A DNA stretch of 56,679 nt, filler included, from Sphacelaria rigidula (taxonomy: Eukaryota), in NCBI GenBank assembly GCA_964200075.2. It is 7 parts of 7 records of this genome, joined end to end, with 100 filler letters (N's around TTAATTAATTAA, not from the genome) between each part and the next. Parts side by side here need not be neighbours in the genome. Positions count along the whole stretch, not along the records: positions 32,448 to 40,458 come from CAXNAA020012650.1; positions 40,559 to 48,569 come from CAXNAA020012651.1; 5 more parts are not named here. One strand, given 5' to 3'. The notes under the pieces are model-generated. The model was not told the DNA's origin, ran no database searches, and saw only the letters and a program-made list of their open reading frames with translations. This document shows positions 34,564 to 48,072 of this stretch, piece by piece (within the stretch, counting starts at the first letter, position 1; every line of letters begins with the position of its first letter). The translations under genes and the position numbers were made by a program.

Positions 34564-36959
34564 CGTTCGTTGCTCTACTCTACTGACTCCCGTCTGCACT
34601 GTGTCTGCCGAGAGGTCACACACGGTAATAACATGCTAATATGTACCCAAATTCGAAACAGCTATGGAAACAAAACAACTCTGTTGTCGAAACTACGTCC
34701 AGATCATTGAAATGACTCTTTTTACCTGAGGAACTGCGGCTTCCCCGTGGCTACCCAAAGTATGGAAATCCGACCCTCGTGAGTAAAGTAAGTATGGACC
34801 TGCACTGCGCATATCCTGTCCGAGGTTGGCGTACCCCGGAAACGGATATTGCCCAGGAAAAAAAGACTGCGCTGATACATCCCGGAATCTTCAGATGGCA
34901 GCAGTTGATTTTCTTCCCACAATTTTGTTCTGAACAACATTGGAGCCGACACAAAATATAAAGGAAGAGACGAAATCTCTCAGCAGCTCGATGTTCTGGC
35001 ACATGTCAAATTGGGTACATGCTGGTAACATCGATGATGCCAGTCTCTCGAGCGATTGGTAATCGCCCAGCGAGGGCAAACAAAGGACACGGGCGAGGAG
35101 CTTCCTCTCTGCCGTTGCTTCTCTCTCTGGTGATATCGTCATCGACACGCGTGTACACCGCAGTCGTTCGGTGCATTTGTATACAACTGATAATTCAATG
35201 CTGCAGAGTTTTGGGGAGAGGATGGTTTCGCTCTGTGTTACTGGTTCGCGTCTTCCCTGCGAAAGAGATGTGCCACTTGAACATCATTTTCGACGTCGGC
35301 CCCCATGTTTCAGGATCCGCTGCAATTAGCTTTCCCAGCGTGTTGTTGTTCATTGGAGTGAACCTTCGACCTCAAGGTGTGAGGATCGGCAGATACTACG
35401 CGCCCGTTCCACATTCCGAAAACAAAATGAAATATTTCCGCTTATTGTTGCAGGATTTGAACAATTTCTTCATGGCAACTAATCTGTATTTGTACAGACC
35501 TAATGATTTCGGACCGTATGCAGGCGATTTTCTCCCGTGATATGATTTTGAGAACTTAGACACCATGGGCAATGTTTTGCGACTAGCTGTGAGAAGACCG
35601 TATCAAATCTCCGGTTCTCTAGACGTTGATTTTGGGCATGCCAGGCTTATGCTGAACCCCGCACACGCCCGAATCCGTACTGATTTCGGGCACATATCTG
35701 CGTGGATTCGGAAGTGCCCCGATTTGATCGGAAAGGTAACACCCAACCTGGAGACAGTCGGAGAAATTATGTCATTTTGTCACAGGTAGCCGGAAAACAT
35801 TCCGCGAGAAAAAGTTGCTCATACAGGGGCTGAAATCCTTAATTCTGTATAACTGCAGGTGGGCTCCCAGAACAACGCTCATTATTGGCTGAATCATAAA
35901 GGGGTGTCATTGGCCATTTTTGGTCAACGACACTTACTTATTTCCAGATCTCGCGCAATTAACAGGTACAGAAAAATTACAAGAGTCTGTAACGTTTGTC
36001 ACGAGAGTGATCGGGATTGATTCACGACCCCTGAGCTGGACGGAACTCAGTTCGGAAAATATCGTCGTCGGGTATTTTCCTGAATAATCTATTGTGGCAT
36101 TCATCCCTAGCACTCGCACGTCCTGGCGTCGACAGATATTTCAAAATCAAACAAGTGGTGCTCGGGGCTCTATCCGTTGCTCCGTCTTATCGGGGTGATA
36201 TGGAGTAAGAATATCGTGTATAAGGTGCGTGTTATCGACCATCAGTGGTCCCATAAACACGATTTCCCGGCAATTAAGCGACGAACAGTAGACTTTATAG
36301 TAACACTAGGCAATATTTGCTCCACGAGAATGATAGGGTTTGTTTAAATCGAACGAAAACACCAAAATGTGAAAACCGGGGGCTGCATAGTCGCAGTACC
36401 CCCGAGGGCCGATCAGCCCACAGGCGTCCGATATTGAGTACATCGATGATCCTCATTACGGTATGTGGCGAAAATACCTGGTGTCCCCTGATCCCCAACG
36501 TTTGGGAGGAATCGTGCAGTGCGACGGACGGTCGCACGAAAGGAAAAACTATTGGAAATTGCCGACGGCGAAAATAATGAAAACAAATATTCGAATGGAA
36601 CCGACTCTGTTTCACACGATATACCGTGCGTGCAATGTCCGTCTTGAGGGTGAACGCTCATCCTCAAATACTACCGTAAGAAAGTGTGCGGGTTATTATG
36701 CACAACTTACACAAACCCGCCCCGATTCCTAGGTGATTTCTCGCGCATGACAGCTCGCCACTTGAACATCTACCGTAGGAACCAACTGCTACGAGCTACG
36801 AGATTTTTGTAGGCGAGATAGATAGCCGGTGGTTGTCATGCCACATTCAAAATGTATGAGTCACCCCCAGTGGTTACGGTGTATCCCACACGCATGCCCT
36901 ACACACACAACTATCACCAAAACTTTACAGACACACTACTTCAGCGACACGTCAGAAAA

Positions 36960-39070
36960 CGAGGCACATCATGCTAACCCCAACTACAGATGCGAATCGA
37001 GCATGGCCATGCGTACATTTGTCGCGGGTGAACCTAACATCGCCGTACTTTTCACCCTATCGAGCAGACAAGAAAAAAAGTCACCGGACATCGGCTTCCT
37101 CCACCATTACGAACCTACGTCGACACCCACGGCTTCGATGGCCGATGCTGCCCGGACGTCGTCGAGATTCTCCAGCCCTTCACTAACCTCCCCAGGGGTA
37201 ACAACCCCCGTCACCCCACCAGGAAATGAAGCTGCGCTCATAGGCGTATTTTGGGGGCCTTTCTCTGCACCTTAGGCTACCGACTACCACCTGGGTGTAG
37301 TCCCCCAACAGGCCGACTGTGAGCTTCCCGAAGGACACCTCGATCAACTTCAGCGCATGCAGAGCCGCCTTCGCGCCAGCGCGATTTCGGCAGTGCCACC
37401 CGGAGCACCACTGCCGTCTCTGTTCGCAGGCGGCGCTTCTGGCTTGGCGGTGGCGCGGGCGGCCTTCAACGTTGCACGCAGGGCCTGCCGCGTGGCTTTT
37501 TCTCTTTTAAACAGTACGGCAACCAAGCTCAGTCGCCTGCAGTAATCGGCGAATCACACGTTGTGACACATCTGCAGGAAGAAGTGACACGCTGCTTGCT
37601 CAGTCCCAGGGTCGGAGTTCCACTCCGGTGTGGCACGAACGCGCTGCTGCCACTAGAATGCACCACCTCTGCCCGCCCAGCGACCCTCTTAGGTCTCCCA
37701 GAAATGTACCCAGAAGATATGGTTTCGAAAAAGCATAGCAGTACCCGGTGTCCAAATGCTGCACCAGCCTGTAAAATTTCGCGGTTACCAGCGAGAAAGT
37801 CTTGCCCTCATACACCTCACTACGACGTACAACTTCCGTCTCTAATCCCCGTAAGTTGTCCGGCGCGCGGTGGTCGAAATCGTCTTTGTTTACATACTCT
37901 TGAGCACTCAAAGAAGGCAAGGACAGCTGACCGCTGTTGGTACTCCGGCACGTGGGTGAAGCCGCTACTGAGCAACCACCGCGACTCCATGTACAACACA
38001 GCCGCGCGATCCCCATTCGGTTCCAACGCACCCACGGGGGTACCTGAACTCGATCATGTTGACATCCTCGATGACAGTAACCAGCTTGTCGTTCGTGGCC
38101 TGGAAGACGCCAATACATGGTAAGACACGAGAGTGGGGCGGGGGTAATAGACTTGAGCTGTTAGTATTGGAGCACACAAAGACAGGTGAGGTGGACCATG
38201 AGGACAGCGCCGGCATCAGGCGGGACTTCGATCGCCAAAGAGCGAGGTTGTACGGACCCATTGCCGTCGGTCCGTGGGACGGAAAAGACAGGGAAGAAGA
38301 CACTAATTTAAACTTACCTGCTCAATGGATAGATGAAAAATCGCCAGGGCCCGCTTTGCTCTGGGGGTTGGGTGGTCAGCGCCGGAGTTATGAAAATAGG
38401 CTGACGCCGCCGCCTCTACCGTCGGCTGGATGACAAACGCCAATATCTCTTCATGACGTTCGTTTTGGCGCAACTTCGTGTACCTCGACGCTCGTGTTGA
38501 GTTGGCGGGGCCCCTCATAACGATCCGCCGTGATGCAATAAGTTCATGCCAGATACGTCGAATCTCTCAGGGCGTCGCGGCAAGGCGCAGCACGGCTGTT
38601 GGTAGGGGTGGCAGCCGCCGGACTTCCTCCGCACAACGTTTGCGCACTTTCCTCATCACTGTGTCGTACCGTGGCCTGCGACAGTGAGGTTCCGAATACT
38701 GTCGTCGATGATCCTCTTGAACTCCTAACAAGTCGTCAACAACGATGTGTGTGGGCGAGAGTTCAGTACGCCGACAAGTTCCGGTGCCGTCATGGACGAC
38801 CCCGTGGGCGACAAATGCTGTAAGCGAAAACCTGTAGGGGCGAATTTGCCGTAGGCAGGTGAACATAACAGTCAGAAGAATCTGCCGATGCACGCCGATA
38901 GCCATGGGTCCTCGTCACGGACCAAACGATCTGCACGAGTTCGGGACGTGATGCGAACTTGAAGAGGGGTTTTACGGATTTTGATGCAATAAATTATTCG
39001 ATCTTTCGTCTGGGAAACCCCATCGTTTTTCACGAGTTTTCCCGTGTCGAACAGCTCAAGAGTTGACACA
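36960..39070 (-). pseudogene. Probable decayed hAT-superfamily transposase with a spliceosomal intron (38100-38317)
   Basis: Motifs in hAT order: FSLTAFVAH, AYFHNS, LYMESRW, SEVYEGKTFSLV..YRLVQHL, WWRK...MLGSPATNV (dimerisation-like); CAG|GTAAGT donor and TTCCAG| acceptor join IEQ|ATND in frame; multiple frameshifts. Confidence 0.5.
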
Positions 39071-39789
39071 TTGATGTGAAATAACTCAGACCGTGGGAAA
39101 AGGTTAGGCTAAGTTGCACTGTATAACTCAGACAGTGGCAAATGATACAACTGCGGTGTGCGGTACAATTGAAGACGATGGGAAATGTCACTACTGAGTT
39201 GCACGGTAAAAGTCATAGATATTGGTACCGCCGGGTATACCGTAAAACGGAGAGCTGAGTTGTACCACAAGGAGTTGAATTGAATGCAGGTGATCCGACT
39301 CATTGAATGTGCAGAAAGTTTCGTTACACATTTCATCCGCCGGGGCTAGCGGCAGGAGGATCGACGGGCGTCATGACGCCGTTCATCTGCGGCGACACGA
39401 TTCATTATTCTCGCTGTGTAATCGATGTGCGTCCAACGACGCAATAACACCTTGTGATCGGTTGCACAGCCCACGCGCTCGTTTTCGAGTTTCACTACCT
39501 CACCTCGAAACGAACGGAGCCAACATCAGCGGTGGTGACTGTATGGATATCTTCAGTATTCATGGGCGAGGCCAATCGGAGTGTAGACTGATCCCTACGC
39601 CAACGGTCCAAGTTGGGGGTGCGGTGCGGGTGAATACAAACGGCAAAGTGAGCGGTGTACCGTGGTGTGTTCTTGTCGTCCATGCGGAGGAGTTGTTACA
39701 GCCGCTGGGCAGTACAGGTGCTATTGCGCGAAGTCATCGAGACTTCGGTCCCTAATTCGTGCTGTACCAGTTGTACAAGAAGACAGAAC

Positions 39790-40207
39790 AGACAATTCTA
39801 CAAAAATGAGGTTGTACACTAAAATTAGATGCAAGCCCAAAACAGTGCTTTCTTCACACTTTCAGCGACGGTGCCCGATAACGTTTTTATCGGCCTGATG
39901 CCGCTCGATCGCGCTCTGTAGATAATTGTTTAGCGCATTTTACCGATTCTGTGAGCTTACAGCGCTGACTGAAACCGTCATTTTCCCTGTTTTGTTTTCT
40001 TTTTTGGGGGGGGTTATATCAGGGAAAATGAGGGCTTCGCTCTGCGCTGTAAGCTCCCAGAGTCGGTAAAATGCGCTGAAAAAAATATCTCCGCGATCAA
40101 GTGGTATTAGGCCGACAAAATGCTCATTGGGCACTATCGCTAAAAGTGTGTGGAAAGTACTGTTTTGGGCTTGGACCTCATTTACAACCTTATTTCATAG
40201 ATTTGTC
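39790..40207. mobile_element. MITE with ~120-bp imperfect TIRs; family fragments also at contig ends 8113-8180 and 16085-16124
   Basis: AAGCCCAAAACAGTGCTTTC..CACACTTT.AGCGA..GTGCCC is mirrored by GGGCACTATCGCTAAAAGTGTG.GGAAAGTACTGTTTTGGGCTT. Confidence 0.75.
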
Positions 40208-40395
40208 CGTTACAGCACACAGCACAGTACGAGGACAGCACAGTGCAGTACCCTACACTACACCAGTACAAGAACACATCGTACGCGATACAACACACAT
40301 ACACGATATTCGACACGAAGTCTGAAAAAATAGCACAAAAGTGCAGGACGATACAGCCACACTTATCTTGTCCGCGAACAAGCTAAGATGGGATC

Positions 40396-40458
40396 TGTGA
40401 CGCTAGCAGGTCTGCTAGTACTGCAGCGTCTAAATGCTGTTGAGGGACTCCCCAGCTC
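40396..40458. mobile_element. LTR terminus of the element C family, cut by the contig end
   Basis: 63 bp with one mismatch to 31755-31817. Confidence 0.8.
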
Positions 40459-40558
40459 NNNNNNNNNNNNNNNNNNNNNNNNNNNNNNNNNNNNNNNNNN
40501 NNTTAATTAATTAANNNNNNNNNNNNNNNNNNNNNNNNNNNNNNNNNNNNNNNNNNNN
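40459..40558. other. Artificial contig linker
   Basis: N44-TTAATTAATTAA-N44. Confidence 0.98.
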
Positions 40559-40583
40559 GGTTGGGGGGGGGGGGGGGGGGGGT

Positions 40584-40619
<36 letters not shown>

Positions 40620-43307
40620 GTGGGTCGGGTGCACTCATGATCGTGCATGCCATAGTCATAAGCCCAGTGACCTCGCATCCCTACAAAGCCGGGACGGAGC
40701 ATGGAGGGGGGGAAGGCGAGGAAAGTATGTAACCCCGCTAGGCTATATATTTTTTCGTGTCAATGCAATACATTATTTGGCGCATGAGGAGCTGTGCAAG
40801 AAAGTGATCGTCACACACACTAGAGTTCGACACAGCAATCAAAAGGACGAACTGTTTGGTATGATGCTATTGCAGGGAGAACAACGTGAAATAATGAACT
40901 GTTTATTCCTTCTGTTCCAGAGGTTCAACATGACCTCCAACAGCGGGCGTCTGAGATACTTCGCCCAAATTTCAAAGGCTTGGCGCTGGACTGTTGCCCG
41001 CAGTTTCATGCATGTTCTTGAAACCGAGGGGAGGGGGAGACACAACTCACCTGCTTGCGTTGCTGTAGTAGCCCCTGTTCTTCTTGTTGCTAGTCAGGTT
41101 ACAACTCATGTTTAACGCTTGAAGGGTACAGTAGTAACATGTTTGCGCACAATAGTTCATAGCCTTATCCCCACGAGTGACCCTGTGACTTCATGACCCT
41201 CCTCCATTATGAGACAATGATTTGGACCCCACCTGCGTTGCAGTTCGTATTTGAGGACCAAGAGAGTGACATCTGAAAGGGAAACACAGAAAAACCTCGT
41301 TCGTTCGTAGAACGAGAAATTGGTAAATTTGTTGATTCTGAATCTCATGTTGACTGGAGATTTTTCGGCACATTCATATCGCTGTCTAGCCTTTTTGCTC
41401 AACTAAAAGAAGTGCCCCACAAATGCATTTCACTGGTACCGTCGTGCCGCTGAAACTTTGAGGAGTACCACGCATTCGCGTTATCCTTGAATTCGGATGG
41501 ACGCGCAAGAAGATCGAGGTTGGAGGTGTAAATTTTTCTCCCCGTTTTCGTGGGGTGGGTAAACCTTTTTTGAGCCCTCCCCTCCCGTCCCCGGGACAGG
41601 CGCCTCGTCATTTCAAGTTGTGACAAAGTAGAAAAGATGGAAACAGAGAAGACCGACGGCAACAATTTTTACTGTGCAAGACCAGAGAAGACTTTAGAAG
41701 CATACGTCACGAATGTACCGAAAATGAAACCCCGGAGCGGTCGGGTTGGGTATGTCCAATGATATCACGCGACGGGAGAAGTGTGTCCAATCCCATGCAT
41801 GGACAAAACTCTCGCAAAACAGTACAAACCCCCATATATGTGATTTTTGTCAGTGGTAATCTGTGAAATACCTCAATTAGAGTTCGGTGCGTGAATATGT
41901 CACATTGGTATATACTTGAAAGTCAAGTCGCGCATTAGTACTTGGAATTAGAGTGGTGCACCCTTTTGGTGGGCTGCATCGTCAGGAGTTGGCGAGCGTA
42001 GGAAGCCACTCTATTTGTCGACAATGATATGGCGGAGCACGTGGAAATCCCACACGTGAAAGCGCTGAAGAGCGACCCATATACAATTCACGCTCAGCTG
42101 GAAGAGGTGGCTGAGAATCACGGCCAGGACGCTACCAGGCGTTTCGCTAAAAAAGCTGCAAGAGCGGTTGGGGCAGCTCATTCCCCCCCGGCGCACACAC
42201 ACCCCCCTGCTCGCTTACCGAACGTCAGCACAGTAACCGCAGCAAGAGAAAACGCTGCCAGGCACACAGGATTATGTGGAAGACATCAGGCGGACGGGAT
42301 TGTCAGCGTTCAGACAGGGGACATACTGGCAAACGGTCTACAACCGACCGGGACAGCCTTTCGCAACCAGCCTAACCAAACTACAACTACAGTCAGTGAA
42401 CACTAATCACTACAGTCCAGTATATTGAACAACGATGTTACGATCTTCCATGCAAAAAGACAAAAGGTGTGTATCATCGCATGAAACCCCAACGCCGCCC
42501 ACGAGGAAAGACGGTCCGAACGCAATAGCGCAAGCCGGAGTAGTACACCTCACGCAACACAAAGTGGGGCTGTGAACTTTCAGGCATGCTCGACCCGCAT
42601 CACAGAGGTGGTGTCGTGGAAACGTACAGCACAAAGCGCAGGATGAGATATGCGGTAAGATCACAGCCTACGAAGTGACAGCCTGCATCGGATATGCCAA
42701 AATAACGGCCCCCGCCTACGCTGCACCAGGAGTGTGTATAACGGCGGCGTACATGGCATCCTTGTCACTGTTATGGAATGGTTAAACCGCAGTTTGGTGC
42801 CGTATAAACGCGCACGACGGAGTACAGTAACGCGCATGGCGTGAGTTTGCACTTGAAGTGAGCTGAAAATAGCATGATTACACGCAGTACAGAGGAGTAG
42901 GTGAACACATTCCCGGAGGGCCTGACGGCGACTGCGTCCGAATACAGACTGTAGACGGGGGCATCACTGAGGTAAATGTGCCGTTGGCGTCGCCTTTATT
43001 ATTGCAACTTAGGCGCAGGCTTGCTATGGTGCGTCACGAAGCATTTACTGCAGGTGCGGCGGGAAGGTTGCTTCACGAAGAGTCAGCCATGCACTCTGGG
43101 AGGGGGTTAGAAAACACCGACGGGTCAAAACAAAGTCGTCATACCCATGAAATAGATAACCTTATTTTCTTCCACGTTCCATTCGCACGGGTCTGAAGAA
43201 CACGCATTGGGCGAATCATTTGCTCAAAGACTGTAGAAAGACACATTTCTTGCCCGAAAAAACGCCAAATGTCAATCGTCAATTTTACATCAACGGTTCC
43301 AAAAGGA

Positions 43308-43621
43308 TTAAACGGCGTTGGGCTACAAAATGTTCATGGTTGACGCATTTCACAACAATTGCTACCCCCAACCGTAACCCCAACCCGAGGCATATCGAGA
43401 ATCCTCGGGCAAGGGAAGTTCATCGGGCTCCCTGGGGGAAGTGCGCCCTCGGTAGACGCCAAATCGGCGCCTGTGGCGCCGATTTCAACGAAGACGCGTT
43501 CCGCGCACGCGAGGAGCACACGGGACTGTCAGGCCCACTAAAATTCCAATTCTCGTTGTTCGCACTCGAATCAAGTACTGTAGTATCAACCATGAACATA
43601 GTTTAGCCCAACGCCGGTTAA
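43308..43621. mobile_element. TTAA-flanked MITE (piggyBac- or Kolobok-like)
   Basis: TTAA|ACGGCGTTGGGCTACAAAATGTTCATGGTTGA ... TCAACCATGAACATAGTTTAGCCCAACGCCGG|TTAA; ~32-bp imperfect TIR. Confidence 0.75.
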
Positions 43622-44964
43622 CTCTACTGGTCTTCGTCGAGCAACTTGGTGCAACTCAGATGTTTTCTTCGGTCGGGGAGAAGACAAATGAATACGGGTG
43701 CGATGTATATCGGTGGTAAAGGTCGATTGCTCCATAGCCAAGAGGCGGTGTTGACCCAACATCAGCTTGGTGGAAATATTACATCACTAGCAACTGTGCT
43801 CATCTCCGAAGAGTGCCTCGTGACTACGACGTGTAGAGCTCCGGACCCAAGCAAAATGTGCTCATGCTGTGTCGCGTGCGGAGAAAAGTCGAAAAACAAC
43901 ACACGCATGTTATGTTATGAACATGGTGAAGCCAGAAATCATATGATGTGGGCAGAAATCCCCAACCCTTGTGCAACGGCCCCAAATCTCGCCCCTGTCC
44001 AGCTGCCGACGCTACGACCTGGTTTGACTGCATTATATATAATATTTCAGGTGCTACGGCAGTTCGTGTGTGGTACTGGGACAAAGCAAGTTGCTGATTG
44101 TCGTCGATTGTATCGTGCTGACTGTATTTTCAGTCTTGTCTGTCCCGAAGTAAGTTTTACTGAAAATTCGTCTGGACGGCACGTCTGACAGAGAGCACCA
44201 TGGAGATGCTGCTGTATTTGAAGGAAGGTGCCAGCCAACCTTTCAAGTCGTTCGCGAGACAGCACAAACTGGGTTACGGCACCAACTGTTGACAACGACA
44301 AGAACCAACGCTTGTTGCATCGTTGACGAAGAGTGCGTTGTCTGGGCAGCCTGGTTGTACCTGGTGTTTGGCTGATGTGAAGGGTGCACACGTCTGACAG
44401 CTCGGTAGCGACCTAAAATAACGAATAGAAGACAACTCTCAGATCCGTTGGTCGAAAAACACAAAAAACGTGACCGCGGGGTCAGAGAAGCCAAAGCGCA
44501 GCCCTTGTGCTTCTCGGTATGCTCGGCGTCCAGAGGTGAAGAGAGAAAAAAACAGGAACAGGGGCCACATGCGCTAGCTCATGGTCCGGATTGGTGCACT
44601 AATGGTGAGTAATATTTCGGTATCTCGTGAGCTGTCCGACGTGTGGGAGGGTGGGATCGGCAGTTGTCGTCTCAATAGTACGTGTACCACGTTTCGGTCG
44701 CACTTTGAACTTGTCGATGCATTTGCTCAGCGTGTTCGTTCTTCTCCAAAACCACCCGCACACACCGCCCGCGGCTGGATTTAGGGATTGAAATTCTGCC
44801 GGCATCCAGGCCCATAGATGTAGATTTCCTGTGGCAATTAGAGTAGTGTAACTTGGCCAACCTTACTCTCGTTCGCTCATGTGGGAGAGGGGGGAAACGG
44901 TCCTTTCTAGCTCATGTATGGGACAATACCTCAGGTGGACCTGGCTTGTTTTATTACTGTCCTA

Positions 44965-45265
44965 CTTTTTTTTTCGTTCCGTCACACTCATAACCCCTTC
45001 CCTTCCTGGAAACGAGTCCATGGTCTCAAGGATTCAACTCATCTCCCCCGCGGATATTTTGGATATCGAGGACAGAATGAGCACTCTCTGCGTCGACTCT
45101 CGTCAAATAGTTGTTCCTTGCTGCTGAGGTCCTCGCTCATTCAACGACAGGGGTCAGACGATGTCAGAAAAAAACAAAAGCCTCTGTCAGGATTCGAACC
45201 CCCATTCTTCCGACCTAACTGGTCAGACAACTTTTTTTCATCTTGTAGGGGCCGGGGGGCTCAAG
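44965..45265 (-). mobile_element. Probable decayed tRNA-derived SINE
   Basis: Minus-strand B box GGTTCGAATCC (~45190-45200) and an A-rich tail near 44966; A box not recognisable. Confidence 0.45.
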
Positions 45266-45685
45266 TTGTGACCTCTCCAAACTGCCCTGACGAGACTGTG
45301 GTTTGAATCTTGGTTCGATCCACTACTCTCGTACACCACTCTTGTCCCGTGAAAGGGGTGTGAAGCTCACCCCATCTTGAAGACCATATCCATCGCATAC
45401 CGCGGGAAACGACCTTCGAAATAGGGAGCGAGTACGCTTTCTTGCCGCAGAGATACCGTGAAACAGCCGTGCCGTTCAGTAGAAAAACCACGATGTGCCC
45501 AGCCAGAGTCGGTGGCGCATGGCTCAAGGAATGAACTTGTCGCTGTCCGATGAGGAGGGGTTCAAGGTCCGAGTTCTAGGAGTGGATATTTCGGTGTCCT
45601 TCGTCAAGCGTTTTTTTCTTTTTTTTTCGTTGTTGTAATTGCGTACAGTTGTAAGTATCTGTTTTTCTATCTTCTTTTGAGCCGG

Positions 45686-45927
45686 GCTACGATAGGGGGG
45701 GGGAGGGTGTCCGATTCCACGAATAAATGTGTTTCTGGATGCGTCAAGCGACCTAAAACACTCGCGGTGCGCTTGTACTTGGGTGAAGGCGGTGTACAGC
45801 ACAATGAAGAAGCGTTATTAATCCGGAGCAAGCGCGTTCGAACTGTTGGCTGCTTTCAACGGCCACTGAAGTGGAATTTCGTGAAAGAAAACGGCCCAAA
45901 ATACCCCCCCCCCCTCCCTATCGTAGC
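45686..45927. mobile_element. MITE with GCTACGATAGGG(G)n TIRs; second, more decayed copy at ~52987-53230
   Basis: GCTACGATAGGG...CCCTATCGTAGC termini; internal CTCGCGGTGCGCTTGTA.TTGGGTGAA and GTGGAATTTCGTG shared with 53060-53200. Confidence 0.8.
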
Positions 45928-45999
45928 ATCACTTTTTTTTAGTGTTGAGTGTCTCATACTACACTTGTTCTTTGAGTGGCGACGACGCTAGAAGAGACG

Positions 46000-46460
46000 C
46001 AACTCACTGCGCAAGCTAGGCAACCAGACTATTTTTTCGCTTGCGTTGTTTTGCGGTAACCATGATGACAGTTGCCCTCAGTCACATTGTGCGAGGTGGA
46101 GAAGATCAACTCCGTACAAATGGAATGATCGTACCACGTACTCGTAGTGCTGAAATTGTGAGACACCCATGAGACAGTGTAACCCGTGACTGTGTAGGAG
46201 AGTGGTCAGACCAGAAATCGAAGCAACTCACCGCAGGCTATCATTCATATGCAAGAAAAACAAGTACGCTTTGGGCCGAACAATCCTGGTTGGATGCAGC
46301 TCACCCTTCATTCGACTCGTCGAACATATCACGGCGCTACGCGCTCAGTGAACCTGGTCCGGCGAAAACCCGGCGTACTCCGTTCGGCTTCGTCGGGATA
46401 GGTCAACGATTATATGACTACAGCATGCATAATCATGAGTACCCCTCCCTCGCCCCTCTC
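46000..46460 (+). mobile_element. LINE-like 3'-end fragment (family 1); other copies at 49540-49890 (+), 53580-54020 (-) and 40620-40705 (-)
   Basis: Shared end GGTCCGGCGAAAACCCG.CGT.CTCCGT.C.G...ATGACTA.GGCATGCA.GATCATGAGT.CACCCC with a common 3' end and variable 5' truncation. Confidence 0.65.
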
Positions 46461-47721
46461 CTCCACTCCCATGCAACAATTAAACTTATGAACCTGCAGA
46501 GACAGGAATTCGTTCGTTCAGTGGGACATGCGTCGAGCGGCGATGAAGCTACACACGCGCGATCAGGCGCCCGCGGAGGGTAAACAGGCAAATAAAGGCC
46601 CGGCGTTATCCCAGTGGCGACCAACCCGGTACGTGAGGCCAAGGCAGTCAGCTGCTTATTCGTGTTCTTTTCTCACTGCTATTTCGTTCATTTGTTTGTT
46701 GTCTCCTGACGGTTTTCTTCGTCCACGGGGGTGGTAGCAAATTCGAGTCCCCCCCTCCCCCCCTCCCCCCTGCCCCGTCTCGAAAGGGATGCGGAGTCAA
46801 TGGCCAAACGACTAAGTCGAGTAACAAATGAGTACGCCCCCTGCCCCCCCCCCGGTTTTGCGTGTGTGAAGGGGATACGCAAATCGTGTGTTGCTGTGCC
46901 TTCACTTTGCTCCTGCGAGGTTTCGTTGTGTAGTTGTGTCTGTGATGGACGCTGTCCGGTTCTTCATGTCCCATCTGATTGTGACCGGTGGATCCGGTGA
47001 CTTCTTTTCACTTGAGAATCGAGACACCGAATCCCTGACGGTGTTTCACGGTGGCGAGGTGGGCGGTGGCACCGTGGGGAAAAGGGACATACCGCACGTG
47101 TTTTGGGGGGGGGGTAGGGGGTGGGTATCAGTAGCGTAAAGTTGATTGCAGCAGCCCCGGTGGGCGGTGAGCTGCAGAAATAGGAATTGATGTGTGGTTC
47201 TGTCCATATCATCCAGCTGAAAATTTTCAGAGCTGTCCTCGGTGCGTTTTTGGTGATTGAGATAACGGGGTTTGTTGCGGTGTTTGGATATTGTTTGACA
47301 GTACCACGCGAATTTGTCATATTCAACACCCGTCAACCGTGGTACCGCGCCCGTACGGCCCACGGCTGTTCACAAAAACAATCAGCTTTGGTTCGACCAA
47401 GCGGAATTACCGCAGTTAGAACCTCGGGCTGTGTGATGCAGAACCCCCGATGATCGGTCAGCCCTTGAGTCGTTCAATATTGGTCGTAGAAATGGACGTA
47501 CTTTTCGCATTTGGAGCTGATACTGATATTTACCCATCTCCGAATTTTGGGATCAAACGTTCACCATGACAATCGATGGCAAGCGAAGAACCTTGAAAAC
47601 AATTGCTTGCTACAAAAGGTGATATTTCAGATGCGACCTATCGTAATGTACTGTCTCCGCCGTCATGAACCAGGACGACGTTTAACAATCGGGGGTTTAT
47701 TTGCGTGGCTCGCAGTACCGA

Positions 47722-48072
47722 GATTTTTTTTGTGTTTTTGCATCCCATCTATTCTGGGCGCCGGTCTACACCTTTCGATACATGCGGGCGCACCCGCCGG
47801 GGTCACGCAGGAGAAAGGCCAACAGAGATTTTTCCCCTCTGTTCTAGTCCTCCACCCCGCTTCTGCGGTGCTTGCCTTATTTTTATCGCGGGAGGGGTTC
47901 AGCGGTCCCTTTCCCCCGTCGACCGCTAGGTCAAATGTTGTGTACCCACGACATGGACGCTCTCCACTGCCGGGCATTGTGTGAGAAAAAATCCCAGATC
48001 GCTGCGAGATTCGAACCCACGACCCAACCGTCAGCAAGCTTCGAGGTTACCGACTGAGCCACCGGGGCGTCC
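47722..48072 (-). mobile_element. tRNA-derived SINE
   Basis: Head GGACGCCCCGGTGGCTCAGTCGGTAACCTCGAAG...GGTCGTGGGTTCGAATCTCGC with A box TGGCTCAGTCGG and B box GGTTCGAATC, ~270-bp body, A-rich tail. Confidence 0.8.

Noticed and set aside
40700-44900. Several 60-180 aa ORFs
   Set aside because: No recognisable domain or consistent exon chain; possibly decayed TE sequence, left unannotated
48001-48072. Functional tRNA gene
   Set aside because: Acceptor stem does not pair convincingly, and it continues into a SINE body and tail
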